Origin: Eledone cirrhosa
Taxonomy: Eukaryota
Direction of reading: 5' to 3'
Length of the DNA stretch: 64,000 bases
Assembly (NCBI GenBank): GCA_964016885.1
Contig: OZ024741.1
Location: forward strand, 398,226,001 to 398,290,000
In this document: one piece after another, positions 45,701 to 58,951 of the stretch
Numbering within the stretch: the first letter of the stretch is position 1
How the letters are laid out: every line of letters starts with the position of its first letter
Notes under the pieces: model-generated
Told to the model about the DNA's origin: nothing
Databases searched by the model: none
The model's input: the letters and a program-made list of their open reading frames with translations, nothing else
Program-made: the position numbers and the translations under genes

Positions 45701-48700
45701 GTTAATATTACAGAATGACAGTGTGTCTCCTTAGCAAAACTAGAACAAAAGGGTTAATATTACAGAATGGCAGTGTGTCTCCTTAGCAATACTGGAACAA
45801 AAGGGTTAATATTACAGAATGTCAGTGTGTCTCCTTAGCAATACTGGAACAAAAGGGTTAATATTACAGAATGGCAGTGTGTTTTTATAGCAATACTAGA
45901 ACAAAAGGGTTAATATTACAGAATGGCAGTGTGTCTTCTTCGTAATACTGGAACAAAAGGGTTAATATTACAGAATGGCAGTGTGTCTCCTTAGCAATAC
46001 TGGAACAAAAGGGTTAATATCACAGAATGACAGTGTGTCTCCTTAGCAATACTAGAACAAAAGGGTTAATATTACAGAATGACAGTGTGTCTCTTTAACA
46101 ATACTGGAACAAAAGGGTTAATATTACAGAATGACAGTGTGTCTCTTTAACAATACTGGAACAAAAGGGTTAATATTACAGAATGACAGTGTGTCTCCTT
46201 AGCAATACTAGAACAAAAGGGTTAATATTACAGAATGGCAGCGTGTCTCCTTAGCAATACTGGAACAAAAGGGTTAATATTACAGAATGTCAGTGTGTCT
46301 CCTTAGCAATACTGGAACAAAAGGGTTAATATTACAGAATGGCAGTGTGTTTTTATAGCAATACTAGAACAAAAGGGTTAATATTACAGAATGGCAGTGT
46401 GTCTCCTTCGCAATACTGGAACAAAAGGGTTAATATTACAGAATGACAGTGTGTCTGCTTAGCAATATGGGAACAAAAGGGTTAATATTACAGAATGAAA
46501 AAGTGTCTCCTTAGCAATACTGGAACAAAAGGGTTAATATTAGAGAATGGCAGTGTGTTTTTATAGCAATACTAGAACAAAAGGGTTAATATTACAGAAT
46601 GACAGTGTGTCTCTTTAACAATACTGGAACAAAAGGGTTAATATTACAGAATGACAGTGTGTCTCTTTAACAATACTGGAACAAAAGGGTTAATATTACA
46701 GAATGACAGTGTGTCTCCTTAGCAATACTAGAACAAAAGGGTTAATATTACAGAATGACAGTGTGTCTCTTTAACAATACTGGAACAAAAGGGTTAATAT
46801 TACAGAATGAAAGTGTGTCTCCTTAGCAATACTGGAACAAAAGGGTTGATATTACAGAATGACAGTGTGTCTCCTTAGCAATACTAGAACAAAAGGGTTA
46901 ATATTACAGAATGACAGTGTGTCTATTTAACAATACTGGAACAAAAGGGTTAATATCACAGAATGACAGTGTGTCTCCTTAGCAATACTAGAACAAAAGG
47001 GTTAATATTACAGAATGGCAGTGTGTCTCCTTAGCAATACTGGAACAAAAGGGTTAATATTACAGAATGGCAGTGTGTTTTTATAGCAATACTAGAACAA
47101 AAGGGTTAATATTACAGAATGTCAGTGTGTCTCCTTAGCAATACTGGAACAAAAGGGTTAATATTACAGAATGACGTTTTGTTTCCTTAGCAATACTGGA
47201 ACAAAAGGGTTAATATTACAGAATGGCAGTGTGTCTCCTTAGCAATACTGGAACAAAAGGGTTAATATTACAGAATGACAGTGTGTCTCCTTAGCAAAAC
47301 TAGAACAAAAGGGTTAATATTACAGAATGGCAGTGTGTCTCCTTAGCAATACTGGAACAAAAGGGTTAATATTACAGAATGTCAGTGTGTCTCCTTAGCA
47401 ATACTGGAACAAAAGGGTTAATATTACAGAATGGCAGTGTGTTTTTATAGCAATACTAGAACAAAAGGGTTAATATTACAGAATGGCAGTGTGTCTCCTT
47501 AGCAATACTGGAACAAAAGGGTTAATATCACAGAATGACAGTGTGTCTCCTTAGCAATACTAGAACAAAAGGGTTAATATTACAGAATGACAGTGTGTCT
47601 CTTTAACAATACTGGAACAAAAGGGTTAATATTACAGAATGACAGTGTGTCTCCTTAGCAATACTAGAACAAAAGGGTTAATATTACAGAATGGCAGTGT
47701 GTCTCCTTAGCAATACTGGAACAAAAGGGTTAATATTACAGAATGTCAGTGTGTCTCCTTAGCAATACTGGAACAAAAGGGTTAATATTACAGAATGGCA
47801 GTGTGTTTTAATAGCCATACTAGAACAAAAGGGTTAATATTACAGAATGGCAGTGTGTCTCCTTCGCAATACTGGAACAAAAGGGTTAATATTACAGAAT
47901 GACAGTGTGTCTGCTTAGCAATATGGGAACAAAAGGGTTAATATTACAGAATGAAAAAGTGTCTCCTTAGCAATACTGGAACAAAAGGGTTAATATTAGA
48001 GAATGGCAGTGTGTTTTTATAGCAATACTAGAACAAAAGGGTTAATATTACAGAATGACAGTGTGTCTCTTTAACAATACTGGAACAAAAGGGTTAATAT
48101 TACAGAATGACAGTGTGTCTCTTTAACAATACTGGAACAAAAGGGTTAATATTACAGAATGACAGTGTGTCTCCTTAGCAATACTAGAACAAAAGGGTTA
48201 ATATTACAGAATGACAGTGTGTCTCTTTAACAATACTGGAACAAAAGGGTTAATATTACAGAATGAAAGTGTGTCTCCTTAGCAATACTGGAACAAAAGG
48301 GTTGATATTACAGAATGACAGTGTGTCTCCTTAGCAATACTAGAACAAAAGGGTTAATATTACAGAATGACAGTGTGTCTATTTAACAATACTGGAACAA
48401 AAGGGTTAATATCACAGAATGACAGTGTGTCTCCTTAGCAATACTAGAACAAAAGGGTTAATATTACATAATGGCAGTGTGTCTCCTTAGCAATACTGGA
48501 ACAAAAGGGTTAATATTACAGAATGGCAGTGTGTTTTTATAGCAATACTAGAACAAAAGGGTTAATATTACAGAATGTCAGTGTGTCTCCTTAGCAATAC
48601 TGGAACAAAAGGGTTAATATTACAGAATGACGTTTTGTTTCCTTAGCAATACTGGAACAAAAGGGTTAATATTACAGAATGGCAGTGTGTCTCCTTAGCA

Positions 48701-51700
48701 ATACTGGAACAAAAGGGTTAATATTACAGAATGACAGTGTGTCTCCTTAGCAAAACTAGAACAAAAGGGTTAATATTACAGAATGGCAGTGTGTCTCCTT
48801 AGCAATACTGGAACAAAAGGGTTAATATTACAGAATGTCAGTGTGTCTCCTTAGCAATACTGGAACAAAAGGGTTAATATTACAGAATGGCAGTGTGTTT
48901 TTATAGCAATACTAGAACAAAAGGGTTAATATTACAGAATGGCAGTGTGTCTTCTTCGTAATACTGGAACAAAAGGGTTAATATTACAGAATGGCAGTGT
49001 GTCTCCTTAGCAATACTGGAACAAAAGGGTTAATATCACAGAATGACAGTGTGTCTCCTTAGCAATACTAGAACAAAAGGGTTAATATTACAGAATGACA
49101 GTGTGTCTCTTTAACAATACTGGAACAAAAGGGTTAATATTACAGAATGACAGTGTGTCTCCTTAGCAATACTAGAACAAAAGGGTTAATATTACAGAAT
49201 GGCAGTGTGTCTCCTTAGCAATACTGGAACAAAAGGGTTAATATTACAGAATGTCAGTGTGTCTCCTTAGCAATACTGGAACAAAAGGGTTAATATTACA
49301 GAATGGCAGTGTGTTTTTATAGCAATACTAGAACAAAAGGGTTAATATTACAGAATGGCAGTGTGTCTCCTTCGCAATACTGGAACAAAAGGGTTAATAT
49401 TACAGAATGACAGTGTGTCTGCTTAGCAATATGGGAACAAAAGGGTTAATATTACAGAATGAAAAAGTGTCTCCTTAGCAATACTGGAACAAAAGGGTTA
49501 ATATTAGAGAATGGCAGTGTGTTTTTATAGCAATACTAGAACAAAAGGGTTAATATTACAGAATGGCAGTGTGTTTTTATAGCAATACTAGAACAAAAGG
49601 GTTAATATTACAGAATGGCAGTGTGTCTCCTTCGCAATACTGGAACAAAAGGGTTAATATTACAGAATGACAGTATGTCTCCTTAGCAATACTGGAACAA
49701 AAGGGTTAATATTACAGAATGACAGTGTGTCTCCTTAGCAATACTAGAACAAAAGGGTTAATATTACAGAATGACAGTGTGTCTCTTTAACAATACTGGA
49801 ACAAAAGGGTTAATATTACAGAATGACAGTGTGTCTCCTTAGCAATACTAGAACAAAAGGGTTAATATTACAGAATGACAGTGTGTCTCTTTAACAATAC
49901 TGGAACAAAAGGGTTAATATTACAGAATGAAAGTGTGTCTATTTAACAATACTGGAACAAAAGGGTTAATATTACAGAATGGCAGTGTGTTTTTATAGCA
50001 ATACTAGAACAAAAGGGTTAATATTACAGAATGTCAGTGTGTCTCCTTAGCAATACTGGAACAAAAGGGTTAATATTACAGAATGGCAGTGTGTCTCCTT
50101 AGCAATACTGGAACAAAAGGGTTAATATTACAGAATGACAGTGTGTCTCCTTAGCAATACTGGAACAAAAGGGTTAATATTACAGAATGACGTTTTGTTT
50201 CCTTAGCAATACTGGAACAAAATGATTAATATTACATAATGGCAGTGTGTTTCCTTAGCAATACTGGAACAAAAGGGTTAATATTACAGAATGGCAGTGT
50301 GTCCTTAGCAATACTGGAACAAAAGGGTTAATATTACAGAATGGCAGTGTGTTTCCTTAGCAATACTGGGACAAAAGGGTTAATATTACAGAATGGCAGT
50401 GTCTTTCCTTAGCAATACTGTAAGAAAAGGGTTAATATTACAGAATGACAGTGTGTTTCCTTAGCAATACTGGAACAAAAGGGTTAATATTACAGAATGA
50501 CAGTGTGTCTCCTTAGCAATACGGAACAGAAGGGTTAATATTACAGAATGACAGTGTGTCTTCTTAGCAATACTGGAACAAAAGGGTTAATATTACAGAA
50601 TGACAGTGTGTCTTCTTAGCAATACTGGAACAAAAGGGTTAATATTACAGAATGACAGTGTGTCTCCTTAGCAATACTGTAACAAAAGGGTTAATATTAC
50701 AGAATGACAGTGTGTTTCCTTAGCAATACTGGAACAAAAGGGTTAATATTACAGAATGACAGTGTGTCTCCTTAGCAATACTGGAACGAAAGGGTTAATA
50801 TTACAGAATGACAGTGTGTCTCCTTAGCAATACTGGAACAAAAGGGTTAATATTACAGAATGACAGTGTGTTTCCTTAGCAATACTGGAACAAAAGGGTT
50901 AATATTACAGAATGACAGTGTGCCTCCTTAGCAATACTGTAACAAAAGGGTTAATATTACAGAATGACAGTGTGTCTCCTTAGCAATACTGGAACAAAAG
51001 GGTTAATATTACAGAATGACAGTGTGTCTCCTTAGCAATACTGGAACGAAAGGGTTAATATTACAGAATGGCAGTGTGTATCCTTAGCAATACTGGAACA
51101 AAAGGGTTAATATTACAGAATGGCAGTGTGTCTCCTTCGCAATACTGGAACAAAAGGGTTAATATTACAGAATGACAGTGTGTCTGCTTAGCAATATGGT
51201 AACAAAAGGGTTAATATTACAGAATGACAGTGTGTCTCCTTAGCAATACTGGAACAAAAGGGTTAATATTACAGAATGGCAGTGTGTCTCCTTCGCAATA
51301 CTGGAACAAAAGGGTTAATATTACAGAATGACAGTGTGTCTGCTTAGCAATATGGGAACAAAAGGGTTAATATTACAGAATGACAGTGTGTCTCCTTAGC
51401 AATACTAGAACAAAAGGGTTAATATTACAGAATGACAGTGTGTCTCTTTAACAATACTGGAACAAAAGGGTTAATATTACAGAATGGCAGTGTGTTTTTA
51501 TAGCAATACTAGAACAAAAGGGTTAATATTACAGAATGTCAGTGTGTCTCCTTAGCAATACTGGAACAAAAGGGTTAATATTACAGAATGACGTTTTGTT
51601 TCCTTAGCAATACTGGAACAAAAGGGTTAATATTACAGAATGGCAGTGTGTCTCCTTAGCAATACTGGAACAAAAGGGTTAATATTACAGAATGACAGTG

Positions 51701-54700
51701 TGTCTCCTTAGCAAAACTAGAACAAAAGGGTTAATATTACAGAATGGCAGTGTGTCTCCTTAGCAATACTGGAACAAAAGGGTTAATATTACAGAATGTC
51801 AGTGTGTCTCCTTAGCAATACTGGAACAAAAGGGTTAATATTACAGAATGGCAGTGTGTTTTTATAGCAATACTAGAACAAAAGGGTTAATATTACAGAA
51901 TGGCAGTGTGTCTCCTTAGCAATACTGGAACAAAAGGGTTAATATCACAGAATGACAGTGTGTCTCCTTAGCAATACTAGAACAAAAGGGTTAATATTAC
52001 AGAATGACAGTGTGTCTCTTTAACAATACTGGAACAAAAGGGTTAATATTACAGAATGACAGTGTGTCTCCTTAGCAATACTAGAACAAAAGGGTTAATA
52101 TTACAGAATGGCAGTGTGTCTCCTTAGCAATACTGGAACAAAAGGGTTAATATTACAGAATGTCAGTGTGTCTCCTTAGCAATACTGGAACAAAAGGGTT
52201 AATATTACAGAATGGCAGTGTGTTTTTATAGCAATACTAGAACAAAAGGGTTAATATTACAGAATGGCAGTGTGTCTCCTTCGCAATACTGGAACAAAAG
52301 GGTTAATATTACAGAATGACAGTGTGTCTGCTTAGCAATATGGGAACAAAAGGGTTAATATTACAGAATGAAAAAGTGTCTCCTTAGCAATACTGGAACA
52401 AAAGGGTTAATATTAGAGAATGGCAGTGTGTTTTTATAGCAATACTAGAACAAAAGGGTTAATATTACAGAATGACAGTGTGTCTCTTTAACAATACTGG
52501 AACAAAAGGGTTAATATTACAGAATGACAGTGTGTCTCTTTAACAATACTGGAACAAAAGGGTTAATATTACAGAATGACAGTGTGTCTCCTTAGCAATA
52601 CTAGAACAAAAGGGTTAATATTACAGAATGACAGTGTGTCTCTTTAACAATACTGGAACAAAAGGGTTAATATTACAGAATGAAAGTGTGTCTCCTTAGC
52701 AATACTGGAACAAAAGGGTTGATATTACAGAATGACAGTGTGTCTCCTTAGCAATACTAGAACAAAAGGGTTAATATTACAGAATGACAGTGTGTCTATT
52801 TAACAATACTGGAACAAAAGGGTTAATATCACAGAATGACAGTGTGTCTCCTTAGCAATACTAGAACAAAAGGGTTAATATTACAGAATGGCAGTGTGTC
52901 TCCTTAGCAATACTGGAACAAAAGGGTTAATATTACAGAATGGCAGTGTGTTTTTATAGCAATACTAGAACAAAAGGGTTAATATTACAGAATGTCAGTG
53001 TGTCTCCTTAGCAATACTGGAACAAAAGGGTTAATATTACAGAATGACGTTTTGTTTCCTTAGCAATACTGGAACAAAAGGGTTAATATTACAGAATGGC
53101 AGTGTGTCTCCTTAGCAATACTGGAACAAAAGGGTTAATATTACAGAATGACAGTGTGTCTCCTTAGCAAAACTAGAACAAAAGGGTTAATATTACAGAA
53201 TGGCAGTGTGTCTCCTTAGCAATACTGGAACAAAAGGGTTAATATTACAGAATGTCAGTGTGTCTCCTTAGCAATACTGGAACAAAAGGGTTAATATTAC
53301 AGAATGGCAGTGTGTTTTTATAGCAATACTAGAACAAAAGGGTTAATATTACAGAATGGCAGTGTGTCTTCTTCGTAATACTGGAACAAAAGGGTTAATA
53401 TTACAGAATGGCAGTGTGTCTCCTTAGCAATACTGGAACAAAAGGGTTAATATCACAGAATGACAGTGTGTCTCCTTAGCAATACTAGAACAAAAGGGTT
53501 AATATTACAGAATGACAGTGTGTCTCTTTAACAATACTGGAACAAAAGGGTTAATATTACAGAATGACAGTGTGTCTCCTTAGCAATACTAGAACAAAAG
53601 GGTTAATATTACAGAATGGCAGTGTGTCTCCTTAGCAATACTGGAACAAAAGGGTTAATATTACAGAATGTCAGTGTGTCTCCTTAGCAATACTGGAACA
53701 AAAGGGTTAATATTACAGAATGGCAGTGTGTTTTTATAGCAATACTAGAACAAAAGGGTTAATATTACAGAATGGCAGTGTGTTTTTATAGCAATACTAG
53801 AACAAAAGGGTTAATATTACAGAATGGCAGTGTGTCTCCTTCGCAATACTGGAACAAAAGGGTTAATATTACAGAATGACAGTATGTCTCCTTAGCAATA
53901 CTGGAACAAAAGGGTTAATATTACAGAATGACAGTGTGTCTCCTTAGCAATACTAGAACAAAAGGGTTAATATTACAGAATGACAGTGTGTCTCTTTAAC
54001 AATACTGGAACAAAAGGGTTAATATTACAGAATGACAGTGTGTCTCCTTAGCAATACTAGAACAAAAGGGTTAATATTACATAATGACAGTGTGTCTCTT
54101 TAACAATACTGGAACAAAAGGGTTAATATTACAGAATGACAGTGTGTCTCCTTAGCAATACTAGAACAAAAGGGTTAATATTACAGAATGAAAGTGTGTC
54201 TCCTTAGCAATACTGGAACAAAAGGGTTGATATTACAGAATGACAGTGTGTCTCCTTAGCAATACTAGAACAAAAGGGTTAATATTACAGAATGACAGTG
54301 TGTCTATTTAACAATACTGGAACAAAAGGGTTAATATTACAGAATGGCAGTGTGTTTTTATAGCAATACTAGAACAAAAGGGTTAATATTACAGAATGTC
54401 AGTGTGTCTCCTTAGCAATACTGGAACAAAAGGGTTAATATTACAGAATGGCAGTGTGTCTCCTTAGCAATACTGGAACAAAAGGGTTAATATTACAGAA
54501 TGACAGTGTGTCTCCTTAGCAATACTGGAACAAAAGGGTTAATATTACAGAATGACGTTTTGTTTCCTTAGCAATACTGGAACAAAATGATTAATATTAC
54601 ATAATGGCAGTGTGTTTCCTTAGCAATACTGGAACAAAAGGGTTAATATTACAGAATGGCAGTGTGTCCTTAGCAATACTGGAACAAAAGGGTTAATATT

Positions 54701-57700
54701 ACAGAATGGCAGTGTGTTTCCTTAGCAATACTGGGACAAAAGGGTTAATATTACAGAATGGCAGTGTCTTTCCTTAGCAATACTGTAAGAAAAGGGTTAA
54801 TATTACAGAATGACAGTGTGTTTCCTTAGCAATACTGGAACAAAAGGGTTAATATTACAGAATGACAGTGTGTCTCCTTAGCAATACGGAACAGAAGGGT
54901 TAATATTACAGAATGACAGTGTGTCTTCTTAGCAATACTGGAACAAAAGGGTTAATATTACAGAATGACAGTGTGTCTTCTTAGCAATACTGGAACAAAA
55001 GGGTTAATATTACAGAATGACAGTGTGTCTCCTTAGCAATACTGTAACAAAAGGGTTAATATTACAGAATGACAGTGTGTTTCCTTAGCAATACTGGAAC
55101 AAAAGGGTTAATATTACAGAATGACAGTGTGTCTCCTTAGCAATACTGGAACGAAAGGGTTAATATTACAGAATGACAGTGTGTCTCCTTAGCAATACTG
55201 GAACAAAAGGGTTAATATTACAGAATGACAGTGTGTTTCCTTAGCAATACTGGAACAAAAGGGTTAATATTACAGAATGACAGTGTGCCTCCTTAGCAAT
55301 ACTGTAACAAAAGGGTTAATATTACAGAATGACAGTGTGTCTCCTTAGCAATACTGGAACAAAAGGGTTAATATTACAGAATGACAGTGTGTCTCCTTAG
55401 CAATACTGGAACGAAAGGGTTAATATTACAGAATGGCAGTGTGTATCCTTAGCAATACTGGAACAAAAGGGTTAATATTACAGAATGGCAGTGTGTCTCC
55501 TTCGCAATACTGGAACAAAAGGGTTAATATTACAGAATGACAGTGTGTCTGCTTAGCAATATGGTAACAAAAGGGTTAATATTACAGAATGACAGTGTGT
55601 CTCCTTAGCAATACTGGAACAAAAGGGTTAATATTACAGAATGGCAGTGTGTCTCCTTCGCAATACTGGAACAAAAGGGTTAATATTACAGAATGACAGT
55701 GTGTCTGCTTAGCAATATGGGAACAAAAGGGTTAATATTACAGAATGACAGTGTGTCTCCTTAGCAATACTAGAACAAAAGGGTTAATATTACAGAATGA
55801 CAGTGTGTCTCTTTAACAATACTGGAACAAAAGGGTTAATATTACAGAATGGCAGTGTGTTTTTATAGCAATACTAGAACAAAAGGGTTAATATTACAGA
55901 ATGTCAGTGTGTCTCCTTAGCAATACTGGAACAAAAGGGTTAATATTACAGAATGACGTTTTGTTTCCTTAGCAATACTGGAACAAAAGGGTTAATATTA
56001 CAGAATGGCAGTGTGTCTCCTTAGCAATACTGGAACAAAAGGGTTAATATTACAGAATGACAGTGTGTCTCCTTAGCAAAACTAGAACAAAAGGGTTAAT
56101 ATTACAGAATGGCAGTGTGTCTCCTTAGCAATACTGGAACAAAAGGGTTAATATTACAGAATGTCAGTGTGTCTCCTTAGCAATACTGGAACAAAAGGGT
56201 TAATATTACAGAATGGCAGTGTGTTTTTATAGCAATACTAGAACAAAAGGGTTAATATTACAGAATGGCAGTGTGTCTCCTTAGCAATACTGGAACAAAA
56301 GGGTTAATATCACAGAATGACAGTGTGTCTCCTTAGCAATACTAGAACAAAAGGGTTAATATTACAGAATGACAGTGTGTCTCTTTAACAATACTGGAAC
56401 AAAAGGGTTAATATTACAGAATGACAGTGTGTCTCCTTAGCAATACTAGAACAAAAGGGTTAATATTACAGAATGGCAGTGTGTCTCCTTAGCAATACTG
56501 GAACAAAAGGGTTAATATTACAGAATGTCAGTGTGTCTCCTTAGCAATACTGGAACAAAAGGGTTAATATTACAGAATGGCAGTGTGTTTTTATAGCAAT
56601 ACTAGAACAAAAGGGTTAATATTACAGAATGGCAGTGTGTCTCCTTCGCAATACTGGAACAAAAGGGTTAATATTACAGAATGACAGTGTGTCTGCTTAG
56701 CAATATGGGAACAAAAGGGTTAATATTACAGAATGAAAAAGTGTCTCCTTAGCAATACTGGAACAAAAGGGTTAATATTAGAGAATGGCAGTGTGTTTTT
56801 ATAGCAATACTAGAACAAAAGGGTTAATATTACAGAATGACAGTGTGTCTCTTTAACAATACTGGAACAAAAGGGTTAATATTACAGAATGACAGTGTGT
56901 CTCTTTAACAATACTGGAACAAAAGGGTTAATATTACAGAATGACAGTGTGTCTCCTTAGCAATACTAGAACAAAAGGGTTAATATTACAGAATGACAGT
57001 GTGTCTCTTTAACAATACTGGAACAAAAGGGTTAATATTACAGAATGAAAGTGTGTCTCCTTAGCAATACTGGAACAAAAGGGTTGATATTACAGAATGA
57101 CAGTGTGTCTCCTTAGCAATACTAGAACAAAAGGGTTAATATTACAGAATGACAGTGTGTCTATTTAACAATACTGGAACAAAAGGGTTAATATCACAGA
57201 ATGACAGTGTGTCTCCTTAGCAATACTAGAACAAAAGGGTTAATATTACAGAATGGCAGTGTGTCTCCTTAGCAATACTGGAACAAAAGGGTTAATATTA
57301 CAGAATGGCAGTGTGTTTTTATAGCAATACTAGAACAAAAGGGTTAATATTACAGAATGTCAGTGTGTCTCCTTAGCAATACTGGAACAAAAGGGTTAAT
57401 ATTACAGAATGACGTTTTGTTTCCTTAGCAATACTGGAACAAAAGGGTTAATATTACAGAATGGCAGTGTGTCTCCTTAGCAATACTGGAACAAAAGGGT
57501 TAATATTACAGAATGACAGTGTGTCTCCTTAGCAAAACTAGAACAAAAGGGTTAATATTACAGAATGGCAGTGTGTCTCCTTAGCAATACTGGAACAAAA
57601 GGGTTAATATTACAGAATGTCAGTGTGTCTCCTTAGCAATACTGGAACAAAAGGGTTAATATTACAGAATGGCAGTGTGTTTTTATAGCAATACTAGAAC

Positions 57701-58951
57701 AAAAGGGTTAATATTACAGAATGGCAGTGTGTCTTCTTCGTAATACTGGAACAAAAGGGTTAATATTACAGAATGGCAGTGTGTCTCCTTAGCAATACTG
57801 GAACAAAAGGGTTAATATCACAGAATGACAGTGTGTCTCCTTAGCAATACTAGAACAAAAGGGTTAATATTACAGAATGACAGTGTGTCTCTTTAACAAT
57901 ACTGGAACAAAAGGGTTAATATTACAGAATGACAGTGTGTCTCCTTAGCAATACTAGAACAAAAGGGTTAATATTACAGAATGGCAGTGTGTCTCCTTAG
58001 CAATACTGGAACAAAAGGGTTAATATTACAGAATGTCAGTGTGTCTCCTTAGCAATACTGGAACAAAAGGGTTAATATTACAGAATGGCAGTGTGTTTTT
58101 ATAGCAATACTAGAACAAAAGGGTTAATATTACAGAATGGCAGTGTGTTTTTATAGCAATACTAGAACAAAAGGGTTAATATTACAGAATGGCAGTGTGT
58201 CTCCTTCGCAATACTGGAACAAAAGGGTTAATATTACAGAATGACAGTATGTCTCCTTAGCAATACTGGAACAAAAGGGTTAATATTACAGAATGACAGT
58301 GTGTCTCCTTAGCAATACTAGAACAAAAGGGTTAATATTACAGAATGACAGTGTGTCTCTTTAACAATACTGGAACAAAAGGGTTAATATTACAGAATGA
58401 CAGTGTGTCTCCTTAGCAATACTAGAACAAAAGGGTTAATATTACATAATGACAGTGTGTCTCTTTAACAATACTGGAACAAAAGGGTTAATATTACAGA
58501 ATGACAGTGTGTCTCCTTAGCAATACTAGAACAAAAGGGTTAATATTACAGAATGAAAGTGTGTCTCCTTAGCAATACTGGAACAAAAGGGTTGATATTA
58601 CAGAATGACAGTGTGTCTCCTTAGCAATACTAGAACAAAAGGGTTAATATTACAGAATGACAGTGTGTCTATTTAACAATACTGGAACAAAAGGGTTAAT
58701 ATTACAGAATGGCAGTGTGTTTTTATAGCAATACTAGAACAAAAGGGTTAATATTACAGAATGTCAGTGTGTCTCCTTAGCAATACTGGAACAAAAGGGT
58801 TAATATTACAGAATGGCAGTGTGTCTCCTTAGCAATACTGGAACAAAAGGGTTAATATTACAGAATGACAGTGTGTCTCCTTAGCAATACTGGAACAAAA
58901 GGGTTAATATTACAGAATGACGTTTTGTTTCCTTAGCAATACTGGAACAAA
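30786..58951. repeat. 84-monomer HOR domain (4,365 bp): four full copies plus two recombinant intervals
   Basis: Marker AAAATGATTAATATTACATAAT at 30786, 35151, 38424, 42789, 50222, 54587, 58952 and 61391. Spacings are 4365, 3273, 4365, 7433, 4365, 4365, 2439. 4365=84x52-3, matching one 2-bp deletion (GTGTGTCCTT) and one 1-bp deletion (AATACGGAAC) per unit. Confidence 0.9.
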
